Origin: Bdellovibrionota bacterium
GTDB lineage: Bacteria > Bdellovibrionota > UBA1018 > UBA923
Direction of reading: 5' to 3'
Length of the DNA stretch: 24,484 nt
Assembly (NCBI GenBank): GCA_040754655.1
Contig: JBFMCE010000059.1
Location: 1-24,484 of the forward strand
Below, one piece after another: positions 15,824 through 23,685 of the stretch (position 1 is its first letter; every line of letters starts with the position of its first letter). Both the position numbers and the translations under genes were made by a program. The notes below the pieces were generated by a model. That model was not told the DNA's origin. It did not search any database and saw only the letters and a program-made list of their open reading frames with translations.

Positions 15824-17023
15824 ATGACCCCAGGACCAGGAATCGCAAGAACCCTATTGCCCAGAGGCTTTCTCGCAAGCGGAATCAACTGCGGAGTCAG
15901 GCGCTATCGCCCCGACCTGGGCGTTATTCTATCGGAAGTCGATGCCGTAGGCGTGGGCGTCTTCACTCAAAATGAATGCAAGGCCGCTTCGGTGGTTTAC
16001 TCGCAGTCGATCCTTCCGACCAATCATTTGCGCGCCATCGTAACCAATAGCGGACAGGCGAATGCCGCTACAGGATCGCAAGGCAAGGAAGACAACTGGC
16101 AGATGGCCGTGGCCGCGGCGAAAAGCGTGGGTTGCCATGCGCATCAAGTCGCGACCGCATCTACCGGAGTCATTGGCGCGGCCTTGGCTGTCGATAAAAT
16201 CGCGGCCTCGATGCCCGAACTCGTACAGCGGGCGGGAACCACGGCTGAACCATTCGCTCTTGCGATACTCACCACTGATCTCGTGCCAAAAACGGTGACC
16301 ACTGAAGTCCGGTTGAGCGGCGGCCCGGTTCGGATCACCGGCATCTGCAAAGGCTCAGGCATGATTCACCCCAACATGGCCACGATGCTGGGATACCTGC
16401 TCACAGACGCCGAGATTGATATTGAAACAGCTCAGTCTTTGCTGAAAGAGGCGGCAAACTTGAGCTTCAATATGATCAGCGTCGACGGAGACACTTCGAC
16501 CAATGACTCGGTCTTTTTGGTCGCAAACGGCGCGAGCAGAGTCGGGCTTGAAACTACGGAGGACCACAAGCAGTTCAAAAAAGCGCTCACAGATCTTTCC
16601 CGGTTTCTCGCCCAAGCCATCGCACGAGATGGGGAAGGAGCAACGAAACTTATTGAAGTAACCGTACAAGGAGCTCCGAATGAAACCCTCGCTAGACAAG
16701 CGGCAAGAGGGTTGACCGTGAGCCCTCTGCTCAAGACCGCCGTGCATGGCGATGACCCCAACTGGGGGCGAGTGCTCGCAAGGCTTGGCGCGGAAAAAGT
16801 CCCGGCGGAATGCCTGGCGAAGCTTACGCTCCAAATCCAAGGCAAGACGCTTTGTGAGCGAGGGGCGCCCGCGGAATTCAAGCGCAATGAAGTGAGCCTT
16901 CTGCTCAAGAGCGACACGGTGAAGATCTTGGTGGACCTGCACTCAGGCCAAGCCACAGCGACAGCCTGGGGATGCGATCTCTCGAAGAAGTACATCGAAA
17001 TCAATGCGGAGTACACGACATGA
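15824..17023 (+). CDS. argJ: Ornithine acetyltransferase / N-acetylglutamate synthase
   Basis: NSGQANA, STGVIG, KGSGMIHPNMA|TML autoproteolysis site, DTSTND, DGEGATK, DPNWGR; GGAGG SD. Confidence 0.97.
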   Translation: MTPGPGIARTLLPRGFLASGINCGVRRYRPDLGVILSEVDAVGVGVFTQNECKAASVVYSQSILPTNHLRAIVTNSGQANAATGSQGKEDNWQMAVAAAKSVGCHAHQVATASTGVIGAALAVDKIAASMPELVQRAGTTAEPFALAILTTDLVPKTVTTEVRLSGGPVRITGICKGSGMIHPNMATMLGYLLTDAEIDIETAQSLLKEAANLSFNMISVDGDTSTNDSVFLVANGASRVGLETTEDHKQFKKALTDLSRFLAQAIARDGEGATKLIEVTVQGAPNETLARQAARGLTVSPLLKTAVHGDDPNWGRVLARLGAEKVPAECLAKLTLQIQGKTLCERGAPAEFKRNEVSLLLKSDTVKILVDLHSGQATATAWGCDLSKKYIEINAEYTT

Positions 17024-17916
17024 AAACACTCGCGCGCTCGCACGGGGTTCTCGCCACCCTCGGTTACGTCAAACGGTTCGCTGGCACCAGTCTTCTCGTC
17101 AAGATTGGCGGTGCGGCGCTTGAAGAGGCTTCGCTTGTAAAGCGTATCTGTGAAGACTTGCACCTCATCCAATCGGTGGGCATTTCGTTGGTGGTGGTGC
17201 ATGGCGGAGGGCCCGCCATCAATCGCGAGCTCACCTCGAAGGGAATTGCCTGGGAATTCGTCGAAGGACAAAGAGTGACCACTCCGGAAATGATGGAAGT
17301 CATCGAGATGGTGCTCTGCGGTCAGGTGAATCGGAAGATCGTCAAGGCGTTGAACCAGACGGGCGCTTCGGCCGTCGGAATCTCGGGAACGGATGGCCAG
17401 ACTCTCCTCTGCAAACCGGCCAGCGCAAGGCTGGGATTGGTAGGTTCAATAGAAAAAGTGAATACGACGTTCATTGACTCGATTCGAAAGACGCCAGCCA
17501 AAGAGGGTTTCTCCGCCATCCCGGTTGTAGCCCCCATCGGGATTTCGCGCACCGGAACAACGTTCAACATCAACGCAGACTGGGCAGCCAGTCGCGTTGC
17601 TCAGGCGCTCGGGGTGAAGAAAATGATTTTTCTCACGGACCAAGATGGAATTTTGGGTGAAACCGGGCAAATTCTGCAAGAACTCGACGCAGGCGAACTT
17701 GAAACCTTGATCGAAACCGGCGTTGTAAAAGGCGGGATGCTCGCAAAGACCAAGACCATCCTGCATGCGCTCAAAAACGGAGTCACTGAAACGCATATCT
17801 TGAATGCAAGAAGACCCCACAGTTTGATCGAAGAACTATTCACCGATCAAGGCATCGGCACCATCTGCAGGCTCAGGTCGCGAGCCTCGAAACAAAAGGA
17901 GTTGCGCTATGCTTAA
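17020..17916 (+). CDS. argB: Acetylglutamate kinase (start reassigned to ATG 17020, ATGA overlap with argJ; 298 aa)
   Basis: VKIGG, VHGGG, GQRVT, NINAD, GGMLAK; N-terminal helix and ELFTxxGIGT signature of arginine-inhibited NAGKs. Confidence 0.96.
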   Translation: MKTLARSHGVLATLGYVKRFAGTSLLVKIGGAALEEASLVKRICEDLHLIQSVGISLVVVHGGGPAINRELTSKGIAWEFVEGQRVTTPEMMEVIEMVLCGQVNRKIVKALNQTGASAVGISGTDGQTLLCKPASARLGLVGSIEKVNTTFIDSIRKTPAKEGFSAIPVVAPIGISRTGTTFNINADWAASRVAQALGVKKMIFLTDQDGILGETGQILQELDAGELETLIETGVVKGGMLAKTKTILHALKNGVTETHILNARRPHSLIEELFTDQGIGTICRLRSRASKQKELRYA

Positions 17917-18871
17917 ACTGCAAAACAGGCACCTGCTCACGGGCGAAGAACTTTCCCTGGTTGAAATAAACGCTTTGCTTGATCTCGCCGACACTCTGGC
18001 AAAAGAGCGCAGACAAGGCATTGCGCAGACCAATTCGTTGCAGGGAAAGCACATGGTGCTTTTCTTTGAAAAACCTTCACTGCGCACAAGACTAAGTTTT
18101 ACCGTTGCAATGCAAGAACTGGGTGGCTTCGTGATCGACAGCACTTCCGCCACTCGCAAATCCGAGGAACCCGAAGATTTGGCAAGGGTACTAGCAGGTT
18201 ATTGCCATGCGGTTGTCGCGAGGGTGCACCATCACGCTTGGGTCGAGAGGCTAGCGAGCCGTTCTCCGATTCCGGTGATCAATGGCCTATCAGACTCGCA
18301 CCATCCCTGCCAGGTGCTTGCCGACATCTTGACTTTAAAGCAGCGCTTTGGGTCAGTTGAAGGATTGAGGCTTGCTTATGTCGGTGACGGCAACAACATG
18401 CTGCATAGCTTGTTATTGCTGATGCCCTTCCTAGGAATTCAAGTTCACTACGCCTGCCCTCAAGGTTATGAACCTAACGCGCTCATCAGAAAACGCGCCA
18501 TAGCTCGGGCAAAGGAAGGAGTTCTTGCTAAAAAACACTCGTCTCTCTTCAAAGCCTCTGAAAGCGTTCAAGCCTTCACCGATCCCATCGAGGCCGTACG
18601 CGACGCCAATGTTGTTTACACAGACGTCTGGACGAGCATGGGCTTTGAAACGGAACAAACAGACCGCGAAAGAGCTTTCGACGGTTACCAACTCAATGAA
18701 GAAATCTATTCCCATGCCGCACCGAATGCACTAATCATGCACTGTATGCCGATGCTCAGAGGAAAAGAGATCTCAGAAACCTTGCCCGATCATCCCAACT
18801 CGGTTGTTTTTGCTCAAAGTGAAAATCGCCTTCATGCTCAGAAGGCCTTGCTTATGGGACTTCTTGGATAA
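17909..18871 (+). CDS. argF: Ornithine carbamoyltransferase
   Basis: FEKPSLRT, HPCQ, GDGNN, DVWTSMG, HCMP, ENR. Confidence 0.93.
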   Translation: MLKLQNRHLLTGEELSLVEINALLDLADTLAKERRQGIAQTNSLQGKHMVLFFEKPSLRTRLSFTVAMQELGGFVIDSTSATRKSEEPEDLARVLAGYCHAVVARVHHHAWVERLASRSPIPVINGLSDSHHPCQVLADILTLKQRFGSVEGLRLAYVGDGNNMLHSLLLLMPFLGIQVHYACPQGYEPNALIRKRAIARAKEGVLAKKHSSLFKASESVQAFTDPIEAVRDANVVYTDVWTSMGFETEQTDRERAFDGYQLNEEIYSHAAPNALIMHCMPMLRGKEISETLPDHPNSVVFAQSENRLHAQKALLMGLLG

Positions 18872-18880
18872 GGAGAGACG

Positions 18881-19324
18881 ATGCCAAAGTCGCGCTTAGC
18901 GGCCCTGAGAAAACTCTTGAGCCAAGAAAGAGCATCGACTCAAGATGAGCTGCGCGAGCAACTCGAAAAACTTGACTTCGAAGTCACTCAATCGACGATT
19001 TCACGTGATTTGCGGAAGATCGGGGCCATCAAAGCCATCGACCCCGACGGACGCACGGTCTACCGACTGCCCGAAGAGAGTTTAGCTCCAATCACCGCCA
19101 GCTCGATGCGAGAGCTTGTTTTAGACATTCAAAGCAACGGTTATCTGATCGTCATCCATACGACGCCAGGCTCGGCCTCGCTAGTCGCACGGCAACTGGA
19201 TCAAGTGGCGCCTGAGAACATCCTAGGAACGATCGCGGGTGATGATACGGTATTCGTCGCGCCCGCTTCACTTAAAGAGACGAAGAGCGCGATTCGGCTG
19301 ATCGAAGACGCGCTTTCTGAGTAG
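18881..19324 (+). CDS. argR: Arginine repressor
   Basis: TQDEL, VTQSTISRDL and GTIAGDDT motifs; AAGGAG SD. Confidence 0.97.
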   Translation: MPKSRLAALRKLLSQERASTQDELREQLEKLDFEVTQSTISRDLRKIGAIKAIDPDGRTVYRLPEESLAPITASSMRELVLDIQSNGYLIVIHTTPGSASLVARQLDQVAPENILGTIAGDDTVFVAPASLKETKSAIRLIEDALSE

Positions 19325-19352
19325 CACCCGACTTCCGGTTACGCGCGCTTCC

Positions 19353-20345
19353 TTAGATGTTGGTGCGTTCACGCATTGGGATAGCGGGTCTTTCTTCACC
19401 ACCACCATTTTGGTGTCTTTTAAAAAGATCAAAGATCTGTTCAAGGCCTGGAGTCACAGTATCTGTTTCTGATCCGTCATGCATATGTGGTTTTGAAGCA
19501 GGGCCTCGATGAGGCACGTCTCCTTCTTCGTCTTCTTGAGTCAAAACGCTTCTGCAAACCTCGGCTTCAAACGAAAGAGAATCTTGCTCAACTAAAAGCT
19601 GCTTTTTCGAATCATCCACACTTTCCTCGGTGACGATATCGCCTTCGCCATCAATGACGATCATATCGCCTGCGGTTCTTCCGATAATGGATCCGTCGTT
19701 CAACGACAGCTTTGAGCGAATGATGAAAACATTGCCGTAATTGCCCTTCAAAGGCGTATCCACAACCAGAAACACCCCATCGTTCTCAATGCCCAAGCCA
19801 GCCATTGATTGGGATTCAGGAAGCTTAGGCTGATGCTCGTAGGGCTCTGTGCCTTTTGGGGCGGGGGCAAAGATAAGGTGTTTGCGCGCCTGATTTAGAA
19901 TCGAACTATTTTGCGCAAATGCGACCACCTCAAAACGTCCCAATGCCTTTTTGTCGCCGTTCGTTTTCTTGTAAAACTCTTGGTAGGCCAAAATGTATTC
20001 GGAGACGAACTTCTTAAACTCTCTCAGCGCTTTGACATTGCTTCTGTATTTCTTATGCACGTCTTCGAGGTACTTGACGTGCTTTGGAAGAATAGAAAGA
20101 CCTTCGACTCTGACTTGCGCATAGTCATCATGCAACCTCTGACCGTCCTCAATTCCCGGAGACATCTGCGCTGCAATCACGGGGCGATACGCGCAATAAA
20201 GCTCGACCATCGGCGAGATTTCAGAGGGCTTTTCACCAGGCTGCTTCTCGCCTCGCGGTTTTTCGCCCGCGTAACAAGTGAACGTGATGACCAAGAGCGA
20301 GAGCGCCAACAAACGGTGGTTGATTTGGCTTTTTTGTTTCTTCAT
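19353..20345 (-). CDS. Secreted hypothetical protein, paralog of 20370-21458
   Basis: Signal peptide; collinear similarity blocks with the upstream gene. Confidence 0.8.
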   Translation of the reverse strand: MKKQKSQINHRLLALSLLVITFTCYAGEKPRGEKQPGEKPSEISPMVELYCAYRPVIAAQMSPGIEDGQRLHDDYAQVRVEGLSILPKHVKYLEDVHKKYRSNVKALREFKKFVSEYILAYQEFYKKTNGDKKALGRFEVVAFAQNSSILNQARKHLIFAPAPKGTEPYEHQPKLPESQSMAGLGIENDGVFLVVDTPLKGNYGNVFIIRSKLSLNDGSIIGRTAGDMIVIDGEGDIVTEESVDDSKKQLLVEQDSLSFEAEVCRSVLTQEDEEGDVPHRGPASKPHMHDGSETDTVTPGLEQIFDLFKRHQNGGGEERPAIPMRERTNI

Positions 20346-20369
20346 AAAATCTCCGATTAATCGAACTTA

Positions 20370-21458
20370 TTATTTGTCGCTCAAGGTGCGCGCAGAAGTC
20401 GCTGTTTTCGCGACTGGCGCCGCGGTTGCGGTGCGAGTCGCCGTAGCGTCGGCCGCCAAAGAGCGCGCTGCTTTGTCTGCATCGACCTTCGCAGGATCAG
20501 GTTGCCCCGCCATCACGGCAAGAACGCGTTTGCATTCGAAAGCCCTGGCTTCAAGTTCTTTTCGATACGCGGCGATCTTCTCTTCTTCCTCCTTGACCGA
20601 AGACTCAAATGAGGCGGCTTGTTGTTTGAGAGATTCATCGTCGATGACAACCCTCGCCACACCTTCATCAAAGACCGGGCGCAGTGAAATCGCACCGGGT
20701 CTTGCCCCATCGATATCGCCGCTCAAAAGGCCAACCGCAGACAAAACCAGGTATTGCCTTCCACTTGGACCCGTCACAAGAGAACCTCCGCTAAGCCAAC
20801 CGTCTCCCTCGTAAAGGCCAAAAGAAAGTTCGTCTGACAGCATCGTTTGAGGCCTCTCAGGTTCAACAACGCCCTTGGTGGGGCTTGCCGGGTTGCCTGG
20901 CATGGTAAGATAGCCCTTCGCTGCATTGGCGCATGCGGTGCCGGCATTCTTACCCAAAAGATCAAGGCGGTCTCCGTAACTTTCGTCAAATTCGATCACT
21001 TGCTTTGAATCTTTTCCTAAAACGCCAACCATTTGCCTGTAAGAATCGGAATAGTGGCGAAGGCAAGTCTTTAGGGTGCCATCTTGGGGGAATAAGGCCG
21101 AATCCGGCAAAAACTTAAGTTCACGCATTTTCTTGAGGTAGTCTACTTGAGCCGTGACGGCGGGCAGGGCCGCCTTTTTCAGATGCTCGTAATCCGCCCG
21201 AACGATTTCCCAATTTTTAGCGATCTCTTGCTTGTTGAACGAATCAAGTTTCGCAAGCTCAATCTTGTTCTCGTCGTCTTGAGCCTCGCAGAACATCTTC
21301 ACAAATTCCTTCGCAGGAGCCGCATTGAACGGGGCAACGGCTTCAGGAATAGTCTCGTCGTATTTAGGGTTCTGCTGCGCATGGCCTTGTTGAGGCAGCG
21401 CGTTCAGGCAAATTAAAAAAGCAACTAGATCGATGGGAAAACGGTTTTTCATGGGCAT
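20370..21458 (-). CDS. Secreted hypothetical protein (start probably 21458 or 21452, not 21497)
   Basis: Signal-peptide-like N-terminus ending GHA; purine-rich RBS; the sigma54 site lies inside the longer ORF-track extension. Confidence 0.8.
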   Translation of the reverse strand: MPMKNRFPIDLVAFLICLNALPQQGHAQQNPKYDETIPEAVAPFNAAPAKEFVKMFCEAQDDENKIELAKLDSFNKQEIAKNWEIVRADYEHLKKAALPAVTAQVDYLKKMRELKFLPDSALFPQDGTLKTCLRHYSDSYRQMVGVLGKDSKQVIEFDESYGDRLDLLGKNAGTACANAAKGYLTMPGNPASPTKGVVEPERPQTMLSDELSFGLYEGDGWLSGGSLVTGPSGRQYLVLSAVGLLSGDIDGARPGAISLRPVFDEGVARVVIDDESLKQQAASFESSVKEEEEKIAAYRKELEARAFECKRVLAVMAGQPDPAKVDADKAARSLAADATATRTATAAPVAKTATSARTLSDK

Positions 21459-21485
21459 CTCTCTTTCTCTTAAACAAGAACTATT

Positions 21486-21501
21486 TGCACCGCGCATGCC
21501 A
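21486..21501 (-). promoter_or_regulatory. Sigma54 (-24/-12) promoter
   Basis: TGGCATGCGCGGTGCA on the minus strand (GG-N10-GC), about 28 nt before ATG 21458. Confidence 0.6.
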
Positions 21502-21721
21502 CCCGTTAGTCATGCCGGCCGCGAGGAGGGCGCGGATACCAACCCTGCGTTTTCGCTAGAATCGCCAAGCCTCTGAGCTGCGCCCCGATGTTCAGAAGCT
21601 AAACACCTGGCAAAAACGCACGCCAAACGCTCTGTCTAAAGAATTGACATCTGTAAAGCAGGCTCGATTGAAAAACGGGCAGATCCGCCTCGGCCGCGAC
21701 TCCGAGATTTCGCGCAAAACC

Positions 21722-21737
21722 CGGCATTGGCCTTGCA
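21722..21737 (+). promoter_or_regulatory. Sigma54 (-24/-12) promoter
   Basis: CGGCATTGGCCTTGCA, 44 nt before ATG 21782; divergent from the site at 21486-21501. Confidence 0.7.
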
Positions 21738-21781
21738 TTGATCATGTTTTGAGAAGTTGTAGTGAGTAAGGAGTAGTTGTT

Positions 21782-22639
21782 ATGAAGTTCAAGCCGACGT
21801 TTATTATCCTTCCGCTGGCGTTCATGCTCGCAGCCTGCGGATCTGACGAAGAAGATGTTCCTGTAAGGCCTTCTTCGGTACAAACAGCGTCAGTGCCTGC
21901 GGCCCCTGGGCCAGGAAGCGGCACTCCGCCCGGAACATCCAATCCTGCTCCATCACCGTCACCGTCCCCCGGAGGCGGAGTTCGCCCTGGTTGCGGTTCA
22001 AGCAACGCTCACCGAAGATTTGACAGTTTCCCAGTGACGGGCATTGGTAATGGTTACGTTGATACACCTGTGATCAACACCATCCCTGACCAAGTCTTGC
22101 GTGTCGCGGTTCGCCCCGATGGCGCTGGCCGCAACACCGATAACAATGGCAGCGCTACGTTCAACCGCGCTGCGATGCGGGTGAGTTTGTTGCAGAATGG
22201 ATCTCCGATCTCCTCGCAAACGATTCCGTTGCAAATCACCAACGGAAACGAGCCTTACAGCGTGAGCATCCCAAGAGGCGTCATCACCGATCCAATGTTG
22301 ATCGATTTCAGCAGCCCTGTGACGAGCACATCCCCGGGCGCAAGTCTCTCGATTCGCATTTCCGAGTTCATGAGCGATTACCAGTGCAACACCGTGTGCA
22401 ATCTAGGCGTGCCTGGGCAATGTTACAACCCGATGGACCCGTTCTGCACTCGCGGCGGGTTCAGCTCAAATTGGAACTACGTCTACGATTACCACACCCA
22501 GCGGCAGTGGCAGTGCTGCGGAACGAATCTTGACGTCTGTCAGCGCATGCATTGCGGAGTGGGCGCGGTACGTCCGAACTCAAGATGGAATGTCACCGTG
22601 TTCGTAGAAACCGAAGACACGACTTGTATCCCGAATTGA
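21782..22639 (+). CDS. Lipoprotein with Pro/Ser/Gly linker, beta-rich domain and Cys-rich insert
   Basis: LAAC lipobox, AAGGAG SD, PAPSPSPSP linker, 8 Cys in about 60 aa near the C-terminus. Confidence 0.88.
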   Translation: MKFKPTFIILPLAFMLAACGSDEEDVPVRPSSVQTASVPAAPGPGSGTPPGTSNPAPSPSPSPGGGVRPGCGSSNAHRRFDSFPVTGIGNGYVDTPVINTIPDQVLRVAVRPDGAGRNTDNNGSATFNRAAMRVSLLQNGSPISSQTIPLQITNGNEPYSVSIPRGVITDPMLIDFSSPVTSTSPGASLSIRISEFMSDYQCNTVCNLGVPGQCYNPMDPFCTRGGFSSNWNYVYDYHTQRQWQCCGTNLDVCQRMHCGVGAVRPNSRWNVTVFVETEDTTCIPN

Positions 22640-22641
22640 GT

Positions 22642-23487
22642 TCAAAAGCTGTCGGGATACTCGGTAAAATATCCGGTGTCATCGACCAAGAAGAACTTTT
22701 TAAGCTTCTCGTTGTCGCGAAACTCAGAACGAAACTTGGGTTTGATCTTGAGTTCTTCGAATGCAACGCCGGCATAGGCCCCGATTGACAGTTCAGATAC
22801 GGACGGGCCCATTGACACCCAAAAACCGCGGTTTGAATAATAGGCAGCCAGCAGCTCACCGCCTGCCGCAAAAGCAACAGCAGCAGACGCATCAACCCCA
22901 AAAAACTCTCGAAAAATATCTCGCGCCTTCACGCAGCTGTCACCGTCGTCATGCCTCACGTTGAGGGCAATGGTTTTATAGCCCAATCCCTCGATCAGAA
23001 GCCCTACTCCGACGGCGCCTCGATACGTAATAACGACCGGCATGATCGCTTTTGAACCGTCATTTTTTACAAGTTCAACCGCGAGCAGGCTCTTCATATA
23101 TTTTCCAAAGCGTTTGACTGCAGTTCCCGCCTGGATTTTACCTCCGGTAATCACTGCCCCGATTTTGTAAGCTTGAACATTCTCGTGGTGAAGGGTGGCA
23201 TCGACGACGCAATCCGGAGCGAGTCCCTTGTAGCGGTACTCTCCGGTGGGCTCATAGACGAAAGAACGCAGGTTGTGGAGGACAGTGAGTTCTTGGGGTC
23301 CTTTTTTAGCTTCCTCTCGCGCGTCGTTCGGTCCTCCTTTTGTTTGCTCGCTTTTTTCGCGAGGCCCTTCTTCGGGTAGACTCGATGCCGACGTTAATGC
23401 CGGCGAGGTCAAAGACAAAACAAGCAAGAATACAGGTAGGATCGACCGGTCAGTAAGGGCTCTTTTGTAAGAATTGGCTTTTAACAT
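22642..23487 (-). CDS. Secreted hypothetical protein, C-terminal half resembling EipA(DUF1134)/DUF992-like Gly/Ala-rich beta domains
   Basis: Signal peptide; GAVGVGLLIEG...DIFREFFGVDASAAVAFAAGG...IGAYAGVAFEELKIK. The ORF is solid; the family call is tentative. Confidence 0.65.
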   Translation of the reverse strand: MLKANSYKRALTDRSILPVFLLVLSLTSPALTSASSLPEEGPREKSEQTKGGPNDAREEAKKGPQELTVLHNLRSFVYEPTGEYRYKGLAPDCVVDATLHHENVQAYKIGAVITGGKIQAGTAVKRFGKYMKSLLAVELVKNDGSKAIMPVVITYRGAVGVGLLIEGLGYKTIALNVRHDDGDSCVKARDIFREFFGVDASAAVAFAAGGELLAAYYSNRGFWVSMGPSVSELSIGAYAGVAFEELKIKPKFRSEFRDNEKLKKFFLVDDTGYFTEYPDSF

Positions 23488-23610
23488 TTCCTAAAACCTC
23501 GCTATCGTGCGGCTACCCCTAGCCTAGCCTGGGTTCTCAGACAATCGATTAGTTGCGAAGAAATTGTGCAAGGTCCGACAACAGAATCGCTTGAGACGCT
23601 TAGATGACCC

Positions 23611-23675
23611 GTTGCCGATCTGGCAACAGTTTGTTGCCAACCCACCTTGCCCTGAAAAAGCAACAGTGATACCAC
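23611..23675. promoter_or_regulatory. Inverted-repeat operator cluster and putative promoter of the TIGR02147 gene
   Basis: TGGCAACA-gtt-TGTTGCCA (23621-23639), GTTGCC-N5-GGCAAC (23611-23627), second GCAACAGT at 23660; TTGCCC-N17-TACCAC with TG extension (23647-23675). Confidence 0.55.
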
Positions 23676-23685
23676 GCGGCCCACG

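Noticed and set aside
16355..17271. Long antisense ORFs (279 aa, 195 aa) over argJ/argB, and similar ones over gltA, argH and argG
   Set aside because: Shadow frames of conserved genes, with no motifs or RBS.
17909..18871. ArgF as N-acetyl/succinyl-ornithine transcarbamylase because of SLRT
   Set aside because: DVWTSMG is retained and argJ supplies free ornithine.
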